A stretch of 40,735 bases of DNA from the NCBI RefSeq assembly GCF_001194135.2, contig NC_068987.1:80928343-80969077 (forward strand). Reading direction: 5' to 3'. Positions 1-10,882 of the stretch are shown piece after piece; positions within the stretch are counted from its first letter, which is position 1, and every line of letters starts with the position of its first letter. Both the position numbers and the translations under genes were made by a program. This DNA is from Octopus bimaculoides. Lineage: Eukaryota. Under the pieces are notes generated by a model, which had not been told where the DNA came from, searched no databases, and worked only from the letters and a program-made list of their open reading frames with translations.

Positions 1-49
1 ACTGTGGATTTTAATGGATAAGTTCATGAACTTTTTGGTTCTTTTCTCT

Positions 50-54
<5 letters not shown>

Positions 55-110
<56 letters not shown>
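55..110. repeat. (TA)n-(CA)n compound microsatellite
   Basis: Directly visible dinucleotide runs. Confidence 0.95.
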
Positions 111-111
<1 letters not shown>

Positions 112-854
112 GACGCAAAGATATGTATGTATATAGCAATTTGCATGTCATACTTACAACAGATACATCATGGAATGTCATATTAACTGCTATATTCGTC
201 CTGATATAATATCTCCTAATGACATGCAGTGTTAAAAAGTAGCAAACAAAAATTGCCCATCAGCAGTGATGCTGCTGCTAGATGTGTCTTGAGGCTTCAT
301 TAGCGGCAAGTGCCCAGTAACATCTGCATGCTGAGACAAAACCCAGTGTTATAGATACAGAAAAACTGTGACTGAAAAATGCTGATTTTGCATAAATCAG
401 CATATGTAGATAGATATTTTAAACTAATACTGCTTCTGGTGCACACAATGAATTTTTATTCAACCACCCAGCTAAATGCAACATCAGTGAATCTTTTTAC
501 ATCAGTAACAATGAATTCTGTCTTGGTGCACACACACATATTAATATATTTCATAGTACAAGTGAGGTGTAAAGTGTTTCCAGATATGCTATAACTTTTG
601 AAATATTAAAATATTCCTGTCGCACAGTACAGTTACATTTTAGCCTAATGTAAAATTCCTCATTTTCACTAAATTCTGTATATACATACCTAATATGTAT
701 TTTAGCATTACAACGGATTCAAGAACATTTGGGAAACCATAAATTGTAATTTCAAGAAATCATTAAAATTTGATTCCTTTAAAAATATAAAAAAATTTGC
801 TATTGTATAAAACACATTAAAATTTTCACAAACACATTTAAAACCATTATGAAC

Positions 855-908
<54 letters not shown>

Positions 909-1610
909 NNNNNNNNNNNNNNNNNNNNNNNNNNNNNNNNNNNNNNNNNNNNNNNNNNNNNNNNNNNNNNNNNNNNNNNNNNNNNNNNNNNNNNNNNNNN
1001 NNNNNNNNNNNNNNNNNNNNNNNNNNNNNNNNNNNNNNNNNNNNNNNNNNNNNNNNNNNNNNNNNNNNNNNNNNNNNNNNNNNNNNNNNNNNNNNNNNNN
1101 NNNNNNNNNNNNNNNNNNNNNNNNNNNNNNNNNNNNNNNNNNNNNNNNNNNNNNNNNNNNNNNNNNNNNNNNNNNNNNNNNNNNNNNNNNNNNNNNNNNN
1201 NNNNNNNNNNNNNNNNNNNNNNNNNNNNNNNNNNNNNNNNNNNNNNNNNNNNNNNNNNNNNNNNNNNNNNNNNNNNNNNNNNNNNNNNNNNNNNNNNNNN
1301 NNNNNNNNNNNNNNNNNNNNNNNNNNNNNNNNNNNNNNNNNNNNNNNNNNNNNNNNNNNNNNNNNNNNNNNNNNNNNNNNNNNNNNNNNNNNNNNNNNNN
1401 NNNNNNNNNNNNNNNNNNNNNNNNNNNNNNNNNNNNNNNNNNNNNNNNNNNNNNNNNNNNNNNNNNNNNNNNNNNNNNNNNNNNNNNNNNNNNNNNNNNN
1501 NNNNNNNNNNNNNNNNNNNNNNNNNNNNNNNNNNNNNNNNNNNNNNNNNNNNNNNNNNNNNNNNNNNNNNNNNNNNNNNNNNNNNNNNNNNNNNNNNNNN
1601 NNNNNNNNNN
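909..1610. other. Assembly gap flanked by (TA)n
   Basis: N run with (TA)n on both sides; ORFs crossing it are artefacts. Confidence 0.99.
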
Positions 1611-1671
<61 letters not shown>

Positions 1672-1824
1672 TATACCAATATATATGTGTATTTATATAT
1701 GTGTATGTATGTATGTATGTATGTATGTATACATATACAAGTATGTATATGTATAAATATATATATATACATACACACACGCATATACATGTATGTGTAT
1801 ATACATGTATACAATATGTATTTA

Positions 1825-1855
<31 letters not shown>

Positions 1856-2294
1856 TTATATATATATATATAAGTGTATATTTATGAGTGTGTCTGTGTG
1901 TATCTGTCTGTCTAAAAAAAAATACAATATTATTTGGTTTTATTAAGTGTGGAAACCTAGATTTCTACCTAATTATGCTTATAAAATGTTTTCAAAATGT
2001 AGGTTATCTTCAAAAATAGCTTTTTTCAGTCTTCTTCACATATAAAACCATGAAAGAGTACTTGTTACTTTGTAAACATCTTCACTTAATAAAACAGCTT
2101 TAGAATGCACAAATATAGGTACAAACTAAAACAGATTGGTTAAGCATAATAATTTCATATCATTGAGTTTAATGATCCTATTTCAAATTCAATCTCACCA
2201 GCATCTACCTTATTTAGCTGTTAATTTTCTCCTGAACAAACACTGTTCTGATTACACCGTTAAAACACTATAATAACGTTATGCATGGGCATAG

Positions 2295-2402
2295 ATATAG
2301 CTGTGTGGCTTAGAAATTCTCATTTGGTCCCAAGTTCAATCTCACCTCATGATATCAGGCAATATGGATAAGTGTCTTTTATCGTAGACACATGATGACT
2401 AA
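2295..2402 (+). mobile_element. Degenerate tRNA-derived SINE head, split by the mariner; resumes at ~3639-3685
   Basis: gctgtgtggctt...aagttcaatc...gataagtgtctt resembles the intact SINE head at ~23780-23905. After the mariner, 'ccttaggtagtgaaatttagtagacagaaac'-like sequence matches the continuation 'ccttgtgagtggatttggtaga' seen in other copies. Confidence 0.65.
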
Positions 2403-2404
2403 TA

Positions 2405-3636
2405 GTAGGTTGTCAAGAAAGTTCTTGCGGACTTTTTAATTTTGGTTTTAAATGATGTATTTTCAGATTAATTTTCATTAAATTACTTTGAGTTTATATA
2501 TCATTTTAAAGTCTGTTTTTTGCTCTATCTTATCATGTTACTCTTTTTCTTTTTGAATAATTAGGCCATTTTTTCCGGAACATTGAATACAACATGAACA
2601 AAAAGCAAATTTTCACAATTTTCTTATTCCAGTTCAAGCTAGGCCAAATAGCTGCTGAAACAGCTTGCGATGTCAACGATGCGTTTTGGTCCAGGAACTA
2701 CTAATGAACGTACAGCACAATTGTGGTTCAAGAAATTTTGTAGCGATGACGAGAGTCTTGAAGATGATAAGTGTAGTGGTCGGCCATTGGATGTTGACTA
2801 CGGTCAATTAAGAGCCTTAGTTGAAGCCAATTCAAAACAAAAATACTTGAGAAATGGAAAAACAAAAATACTTGAGAAATGGGTGCCGCACAAAGTGAAC
2901 GACAACAAAAAAAATACCGTTTTGAAGTGTCGTCTTCCCTTCTTTTACACAACAAGAACGACCTATTTCTCGACTGGATTGTAACTTGCGATGAAAAGTG
3001 GGTTCTTTACGACAACTGGCAATACCCAGCTCAGTGGTTGGACACCAACGAAGCTCCATGGCACTTCCCGAAGTCAAAGTTGCACCAAAAGAAGGTCATG
3101 GTGACTGTTTGGTGGTTTGCAGTCAGTCTCATCCATCACAGCTTTCTGGATCCAGGCGAAATCATTACGGCGGAGAAGTACTGTCAGCAAAGGGATGACA
3201 TGCATAAGAAACTCCGACAGCAACAGCAAGCATTGGTCAATAGAAAAGGACCAATTCTTCTCCACAACAACACTCGGCCGCACGTCGCACAACTGACCCT
3301 GCAGAAGTTGAACGAATTGGACTACGAAACTCTGCCTCATCCGCCATACTCACCAGACCTCTCGCCTACCAACTACCACTTTTTCAAGCATCTCAACAAC
3401 TTCCTGCATGAGAAACACTTCAAAAACCAAGATGATGCCAAACACGCCTTCAGCAACTTTATCGCCACCAGAACGCAGGATTTTTACGCTCCTGGTATAA
3501 ATAAACCTGTTTCGCGTTGGCAAAAGTGTGTTGATTCTGATGGTGCTTATTTCGTTTAATAAAGTTTTGTTTGAGCTGAGATATGTGTATCTGAATTTAA
3601 AGGTTAAAAACCGCAAGAACTTTCTTGACAAGCTAA
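2405..3636 (+). mobile_element. Mariner (DD34D, Hsmar1/Mos1-like) DNA transposon, inactive
   Basis: 26-bp TIRs at 2405-2430 and 3611-3636 (24/26 match), flanked by TA at 2403-2404 and 3637-3638; length 1232 bp. Confidence 0.95.
2594..3559 (+). pseudogene. Mariner transposase pseudogene
   Basis: MNKKQIFTIFLFQFKLG start, WVPH, CDEKW, HNNTRPH, YSPDLSPTNYHFF motifs. Frameshifts near 2685, 2850 and 2940; second and third catalytic Asp read Asn. Confidence 0.93.
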
Positions 3637-3689
3637 TACCTAGGTAGTGAAATTTAGTAGACAGAAACTTTGCAGGAGCCCACCATGCC

Positions 3690-3900
3690 ATCATCATCAT
3701 AATTTAATGTCTGCTTTCCATACTGGCATAGGTTGCAAGGTTTGACAGGAAGTGAAAAACAAGAGGACAGTACGAAGCTCCAAAGTCTGCCTCGGCATGG
3801 TTACTTATAGCTGGATGCCATTCCTAATGCCAACCACTATACAGATTGCATTGGGTGCTATATACGTGGCACTAGCATAAATGAGACTACCAATTAATTC
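3690..3900 (-). mobile_element. Degenerate SINE 3' part with (ATG)n tail
   Basis: catcatcat...ctttccat...gctggatgccattcctaatgccaaccact motif shared with many copies in the window. Confidence 0.8.
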
Positions 3901-4344
3901 ACAAGACAAGGCCACCTACCCACTCAAATGAGGAAGGTGTAGTATCAAGGGAGATAGCTTTATCCAAAGAAGAGCAGGAGCAGGTTTCTTTTAGCAGATG
4001 AGATATATGGATACACCAGTTGGAGGAGAAAAGCTGGTGAAGAGGTGTTAGTGTGTACGCTCAAGTTATAGGTACGTGATACAAGAGAGGTGGTTCAGCA
4101 GATTGGATAGGGTAAATGGGTAGGTAAGTTCAAGAGTGTGTGAAAGTAGAGAGAAGTAAGAGAGGGGCAGATGAAGAGAGATGGAGACAGAGGTGAGGGA
4201 AGTAAAATGTGAATATGGGGGGAGGCATGATATACATATATATGTATGTATATCACCATCATCATCATCATTGTTTAAAATCTGCCTTTCCATGATAATG
4301 ACAATGATGATGATGATATACATATATACATACACACACACATA

Positions 4345-4426
4345 GATAGGCAGGCAAGCAGGCAAGTAGATAGGAAGGTAGGTAGGTAGGTAGGTAGGTA
4401 GGTAGGTAGGTAGGTAGGTAGGTAGG

Positions 4427-4474
<48 letters not shown>

Positions 4475-4484
4475 CAGATAAACG

Positions 4485-4539
<55 letters not shown>

Positions 4540-4540
4540 G
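4345..4540. repeat. Compound tetranucleotide microsatellite (AGGC)n-(AGGT)n-(AGAT)n
   Basis: Directly visible. Confidence 0.95.
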
Positions 4541-4701
4541 TACATATACATACACAAACACACACAGATAGACAGATGTGCTTGTATATCTTTTTTCAAT
4601 GTATATCAATGAAGGTTACAAACATTGGTGAGAAGTCCCTTGTCACTCTCATTGTCAGAAATACAGTGCACCAGTAACTAACCCATTACAAACCAATCAC
4701 C

Positions 4702-4795
4702 AATGATCCTATTGTTCGTAACAACTTTTTTCTATTCCTAATGATCCTATTTCTCATAATGATCTTATTGTTCATAACGATCCTATTGTTTATAA
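4702..4795. repeat. Degenerate ~18-bp minisatellite (aatgatcctattgttcat)
   Basis: About five imperfect copies of aatgatcctatt... Confidence 0.75.
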
Positions 4796-5599
4796 GTAAT
4801 GATTTGGATGGGAACAAATAAAATATGTATAGTTACAAAAACACCATCAATTTCGCTTCTAATTTATTTTCTTAGTTTGATTGAAAAGCTGCCTTTCTAT
4901 ATATGCCATGTTTTTTTTTGTTTTTTTTCGCAATGCACTATCCAAATGGTTGGCATAGAGTTGTTCTGCAACACACTTCAACCTCTGGCCTGCAGATGTG
5001 CTTTCTGCACTCTCTGCCTTTGCTATAACAACTACAGTAGTCTCTGCTCTTTGAGTTTGGTTGATTCATACAACCACCAACATGGACCACCCAACTAGTT
5101 CATCTCTCCTCTCGTCACATACATTCTATTTGTCAGGTGCACTGCTTCAAAAATTTCTGAAGTAATAGAATAAAAAAATGTTAAACTCAGAAAAGACTTT
5201 GGTAAATTCCTTCATAAATTTTGTTAGCAATCTAAGAAATAAACCTTGCCTTAAATCTTAATGAAAAATTTGTTCTCTTTGTAAATGTTTTTTCATTCGC
5301 ATTTTCATGTTCACTTGAGGGGGATACAATTTGTAAATTTGGATGTGTGTATATGAATTTTATTTTTATAAATGGAGACCCTAAATACATTTTGTAAAGG
5401 AAGAAAGGAACTTATTGTTCCTCTTAATCATAAAGCAACATTGTAGAGAGGTTGGTAAAATTCCAGAAACCTAAATGGAACATTGCAAAGTAGATTCTAA
5501 CCTGAAATCCCTAAATAAGGAGAAAAGAAACAGCCAAGACACAAATGGATCCAAGGTTTTGGAATAAGCATGAAAAAGATGGGATACACCTGGAATCAT

Positions 5600-5985
5600 C
5601 AACATCATCTTCATCATTTAACATCTACTTTTCCATGCTTGCATGAGTCAGAAGGAATTTGTTGAGACAGATTTTCTACAGCTGGATGCCCTTCCTGTCC
5701 CCAACCCTCACCTGTTTCTAAGCGAGTTAATATTTCCCAATGGTTAGACATGTTTTTCATGAAAGAGTAGAAACAAACAACCTTGTTTGTATAACAATGA
5801 TGTTAATTTACAACCATCACATGATGTCTAGGCAAAGGTCCACAAAAACATTTCCATCTACCAAATCCACTTACAAGCTTTTGGTCAACCCAGAGCTATT
5901 ACTGAAGACTCTTGCCCAAGATACTAAACAGTGAGGCTGAATGCCAAGACCACATGGTTGGGAAGCAAGCTTGATGCTACTTAAG
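5600..5985 (-). mobile_element. Near full-length SINE (tRNA head at right, tail at left)
   Basis: Reverse head 'cttgcccaag...accacatggttgggaagcaag' and tail 'gctggatgcccttcc...catcatt'. Confidence 0.8.
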
Positions 5986-6069
5986 CATGTAGTCTACCAG
6001 AGTATCTGTAATCAATGCCGTGAAATGACCTGATCTATTGATAGAGATCTCAGCTGTTTTTGTGATTTA

Positions 6070-6620
6070 TCATCATCATCATCATCATTTAATGTCCGCT
6101 TTCCATGCTAGCATGGGTTGGACAATTTGACTGAGGACCGGCGAACCAGATGGCTACACCAGGCTCCAATCTGATTTGACAGAGTTTCTACAGCTGGATG
6201 CCCTTCCTCATGCCAACCACTCCGAGAGTGTAGTAGGTGCTTTTACATGCCACCGGCACGAAGGCCAGTCAGGCAGTACTGGCAACGGCCATGCACAAAA
6301 TGGTGTATTTTACATGCCACCTGCACAGGAGCTAGTTCAGAGGCACTGGCAACGACCTTGCTCGAATGTTTTTTCACATGCCACCGGCACAAGTGCCAGT
6401 AAGGTGACACTGGTAATGATCATGCTTAAATGGTGCTATTTACGTGCCACTGGCACAGAGGCCAGACAGCTGCTCTGGCAATGATCATGCTTGGACGATG
6501 CTCTTAGCGCTCCACTGGTACAGGTGCCATCACAATTTCGATTTCACTTGACCCAACAGATCTTCACGAGCTGAGTTTAGTGCCCAATGAAGGAGAGGTT
6601 GGCATGGGTGCTAGTCATCA
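6070..6620 (-). mobile_element. Long SINE with four ~62-bp internal hairpin-bearing units
   Basis: Tail matches 8595-8740, 10620-10850, 16210-16400 and 32365-32520; repeated 'ggtg..ttttacatgccac' units. Confidence 0.85.
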
Positions 6621-6997
6621 AATTTGGTTTGATTTGGTATGAATTTATTACCTGTGCTTGGTTTTTTTTTTTTATCCTTTGACCAATCAGTGTTCCTGAC
6701 TAGTCTATATCAAAAATCAGTCAACTATCAACTCACAAAATATGCATATACACCTATTATCTATTTTCAATCTTCAATCACATTGTTTACATGACATATT
6801 CAAATACAAAACATCATAACTTCTAATGCTGGTTCTAGTTTCTACAGAAAAATCTGTAGAAATAACTTTAAGTAGTTGTCTAAATGCTATGGTTTATCAC
6901 CATCTTAGTGAATCATCAAGAATATTATATGAGTTTAGTGACAGGAGCATACATACAGGCTAATGAACAATCATAGTTGGATGCTGAAACAAGGGTT

Positions 6998-7165
6998 TTA
7001 ACCCTTTAGTATTCAGATTATTCTGTCAAATGTAATGCTTATTTATTCACTATGTTTTAAATTAATCATTCAATATCTTGTACTTTTGAGATTTTGATGA
7101 TTTGACCATTTTGTAGGGTAGGTGTAAGAGGCTAGATATGGCTGCTTTAAATGCTAAAGGTTTAA
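6998..7165. mobile_element. piggyBac-type MITE
   Basis: TTAA-CCCTTTAG ... CTAAAGGT-TTAA ends; internally similar to 25591-25820. Confidence 0.75.
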
Positions 7166-7569
7166 AGAAAGTGAGAGATGTTTACAATACAGTGTAAATG
7201 GTGCCACAAATTTCCTAACCACACCTCTTATATCAACTTGAAAAGACTTGGCAGGAAGCTGTCAGGAAAATCTACTGAGGGCAGCCTATGACAAAAATAA
7301 GCAAAAACGTAAGAATGTAAAGGTTATTTCAAAAAAGTAAGATTGTAATTAAAGACACTGTGCTACAAAAATCTACAAACTGATAGCTCAAGTAATGATA
7401 AGGAAAGAAATAATTTTGGTTACAGTGGATAATGCACATATTAAAAGATAATGAATACACAACAGAGTGAGACAGTTAGAAATGGTTCAGAATAAAGAAG
7501 TACTTATCAATCTAATAACAGAATACTCACTCAATACATAGCTTAAGAATTTGTGTGTGTTTGGATTTG

Positions 7570-7760
7570 AGCGAGAGAGAGAGGGAGAGAGAAAGAGAGA
7601 GGGAGGGAGAGAGAAAGAGAGAGGGAGGGAGAGAGGGAGGGAGAGAGGGAGAGAGAGAAAAGGAAAGCATGTGTGTGTGTGTATATGTGTGTGTATATGT
7701 GCATATGCATATGTATAAGTGTGTCTGTGTCTGTGTGTGTGTGTGCACGTGCATGCGTGT
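7570..7760. repeat. (GA)n/(GGGA)n and (TG)n microsatellites
   Basis: Directly visible. Confidence 0.9.
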
Positions 7761-8284
7761 GCACAAAGATAATTTATCTAAGATAACAAGGCAAAGAATA
7801 AGATTTCTCATTTTGTCATAAAATATGAAAATGCTGATATTTCTAATAATGTTGAGAGTCAAATATTTCAAAATTTCTTTCATGATTACATGATTGGTAA
7901 AATTACTCAAGCAGTTTTCAATCTTTGCTCAGTTCTCTATACATCATTCATTCCTCTAAGACATTTATTACACAGTTTTGACTCTGTACACTTGTTGACC
8001 AACACCCAATAACTAGCAATAGTAGAAAGAAGATACTAACATTGTTCAATGGCTGAAATGATTTTGTTTTGTTAAACTGACGTAAATGATTTATTATTGC
8101 AAATAATCATGTGGAAATTATTTGAAATTGTCTGTGGCATATATTAAATTGTAATCTTCAGACATATGGTCAAAAATTATTTCAAGAAATAAAAAGCAGA
8201 TATTTCCTTCAGTTCTTGACTGTGAGGAATTTCTGCAATGAAAATTTCTCTAGTCATGTTTAATTTCTAAAAGTTTTTCTGATA

Positions 8285-8475
8285 GGTACAGGCATGGCTG
8301 TGTGGTTAAGAAACTTGTTTTGCACTCATGTGGGTTCGAGGTTAAGTTTCACTGTATGGTGTCTTGCGTGATATCTCAGGCAAAACAACACCTTGTGAGT
8401 GAGTATGGTTGATGGAAACTGTGCAGATGCCTGCCATATGAATAGATGTATATGCATGTGCATGTGTGTGTGTGC

Positions 8476-8509
<34 letters not shown>

Positions 8510-8517
8510 GTGGTGTG

Positions 8518-8596
<79 letters not shown>

Positions 8597-8745
8597 TTGG
8601 CGTTAGGAAGGGCATCCAGCTGTAGAAACTCTGCCAAATTAAATTGGAGCCTGGTGTAGCCATCCAGTTGCACCAGTCCTCAGTCAAATCGTCCAACCCA
8701 TGCTAGCATGGAAAGCGGACGTTAAACGATGATGATGATGATATA
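8285..8745 (+). mobile_element. SINE: tRNA head, internal (TG)n(TA)n, 3' part ending (GAT)n
   Basis: ggcatggctgtgtggttaagaa head; ggttggcgttaggaagggcatccagctgtagaaac...gttaaacgatgatgatg tail. Confidence 0.85.
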
Positions 8746-8769
8746 TATATATATATGTATATACATATA

Positions 8770-9055
8770 TATTTAGCCCCCTCGCCCTGACTGGCTCCTA
8801 TGCTGGTAGCATGTAAAAAGCACCATCCAAATGTGGCCAATGGCAGTGCCGCCTGACTGGCTCCCATGCCGGTGGCACGTAAAAAGCACCCACTACACTC
8901 TTTGAGTGGTTGGCATTTGGAAGGGCATCCAGCTTTAGAAACATTACCAGATCAGATTGGAGCCTGGTGTAGCCTCCTGGTTTGGTAGTCTCCAATCAAA
9001 CTGTCCAGCCCATGCCATCATGGAAAACGGATGTTAAATGATGATGATGATGATA
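8770..9055 (+). mobile_element. 5'-truncated SINE with internal units and (GAT)n tail
   Basis: ggtggcacgtaaaaagcacccactacactc...gaagggcatccagc...gatgatgat. Confidence 0.85.
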
Positions 9056-9069
9056 TATATATATATGTT

Positions 9070-9240
9070 TATTATCCCCGTAACTTAGTAGCTTGGTGAA
9101 AGAGATCTAGAGAATAAGCACCAGACTTAAAAAGAAGAAAACAAAGCATTGGGGTCAATTCATTCAACTAAACCTTCTTCAAGGCAGTGCCCCAGTATGG
9201 CTGCAGTCCAATGATCGAAGCAAGTAAAAGATAAAAGTTA
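9070..9240 (+). mobile_element. SINE 3' part of the second tail type (AAAGA-ending)
   Basis: ccccgtaacttag...ggggtcaatt...gcagtgccccagtatggctgcagtc...agtaaaagataaaag; matches the reverse of 23480-23660. Confidence 0.8.
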
Positions 9241-10344
9241 AGAGATCACACTGAATGCTTAGTAAGCAAGGTGGCACTTCAGACAAACTTTGCTTGTTCA
9301 CAAGCTCTTTTGGAAAGAATCTATCAGGTCACTTTTGAATCGTCTGAAATTACCAAATCGACACTTCAGTACTTTTGCTCTTCTTTATTGATAAGTTAAT
9401 ATATCTTCATATTCAACTGTGTAACAATTTCAATGTAGAATACTGCCTTAGGTAAATCAACAATTTCCTTGTTCAAATGTGTTGAAATTTTTTTTGCCCA
9501 ATCTTATTTCAATAACATTAAGACCATTCATGTGTCATCTGGGAATTAATTTAGATCTATATCGAGTAAGATGATTTCAGTTATATGATCACAATTACCC
9601 AAATGAAGAATCGATTTATTGAATTATCTTTAGATGTTGTGTATATGAACACACTTCGCCTTTGTGCGAAAGCATAAGTTAAAACATATGATCAGCAACG
9701 AGTCTGTCAAGATTTTGTCATTTTCAGTATTGAATAATATATAATGAATTGGCTAGGTCCGAATGAAGCTCCACTGTTTCATATGCTGTCAAAGTTGAAA
9801 GTGCTTCCCACACACTTCCTAGAATACTAGTTTGATTCAGATCATCTCTCAACAGGAATATTTTCTCACCAAATAGTTGAGTATCAATGAAAATTTCTTG
9901 TACTAACAGGTTTATATCTTTCAAAGGTGAGATATGACAAACATGAATGCCTCATGAATAATAAATGGTACCTCATTGAAATTGTAAGATTCCTGTGAAT
10001 TAATTTTTGTGCTAAATATTTTAACTTTGAATTAATAAAATTGTTTTACTATCAATCATTAAATTTGGTGCTGTGTGTGTAGTAGTAGTAGTAGTAAGTG
10101 GCTGCAAAATTTTTTTTCTTGACCATTCAATTCATCAGAGTATTGTATTTAGGTCTTGCCAAGATTTTGTGTGTCTTTTCATGAGATTAAAAACATGGCA
10201 TAATGCCAAAATTGTTTTAGTATACTGGAAACATCTTATGGACTCCTGAGTCCATTCAGAATCATTTTACACTGTCTTTCAATTGATTGCTGTCAATGTC
10301 TGAATTTGCATACAACTGTCTTCAGGTCATCAAACATTTTTAAC

Positions 10345-10600
10345 TATAATCATGGCTGTGTGATTTAGAAGTTTGCTTCCTAACCATAAAATTTCAGGTC
10401 AGTCTTCAAGTATAACTGGCCAACCATATCCTTGTAAGTGGATCTTGTAGACAGAAACTGAAAAGAAGCCAGTTGAATATATACATGTATATAAATACAC
10501 ACATACACACACACATAAAATTTAGGTGCAGGCAAGACAGTGTAATATGAAGTTTGCTTCCCAACCACATGGTTCTAGGTTCAGTCCCAGTGCATAGCTC
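10345..10600. mobile_element. Two SINE head fragments (+ at ~10345-10490, - at ~10535-10600)
   Basis: catggctgtgtgatttagaagtttgcttcc; reverse 'cccaaccacatggttctaggttcagtccc'. Confidence 0.7.
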
Positions 10601-10619
10601 CCTTAATATAATTATATAT

Positions 10620-10845
10620 ATCATCATCATCATCATCATTATCATCGTTTAACGTCCGCCTTCCATGCTAGCATGGGTTGGACGATTTGACTGAGGACTG
10701 GTGAAACCGGATGGCAACACCAGGCTCCAATCTAATTTGGCAGAGTTTCTACAGCTGGATGCCCTTCCTAACGCCAACCACTCAGAGAGTGTAGTGGGTG
10801 CTTTTACGTGTCACCCGCACGAAAACAGCCACGCTCGAAATGGTG

Positions 10846-10850
<5 letters not shown>
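10620..10850 (-). mobile_element. Young-looking SINE 3' part
   Basis: catcgtttaacgtccgccttccatgctagcatgggttggacg...; CpGs retained. Confidence 0.9.

Positions 10851-10875
<25 letters not shown>

Positions 10876-10882
<7 letters not shown>

Noticed and set aside
158-215. Possible minus-strand exon ending in GTT|GTAAGT (RYYIRTNIAVNMTFHDVSV)
   Set aside because: Good donor but ambiguous acceptor and no similarity to TCEANC2 or any recognised protein
379-403. 10-bp perfect hairpin (also 7-bp hairpins at ~22747-22764 and ~23929-23947)
   Set aside because: Short and isolated; expected by chance in 40 kb
708-1946. Long ORFs across N-gaps and microsatellites (also ~10782-11355, 15417-16559, 18636-18944, 35600-36151, and the 4066-4609, 7527-7910 and 31496-31932 repeat ORFs)
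   Set aside because: They are translations of Ns or simple and tandem repeats, not genes
10110-10145. Minus-strand CTGATGA...GAAA
   Set aside because: Weak 3-bp helix II and no helix I partner; likely chance in AT-rich DNA
10691-10712. CTGAGGA-CTGGT-GAAA-CCGG in the SINE tail resembles a hammerhead core
   Set aside because: No helix II pairing, no U16.1 and no helix I; GAAA is not kept in sibling copies (gcgaacc at ~6145 and ~16300)
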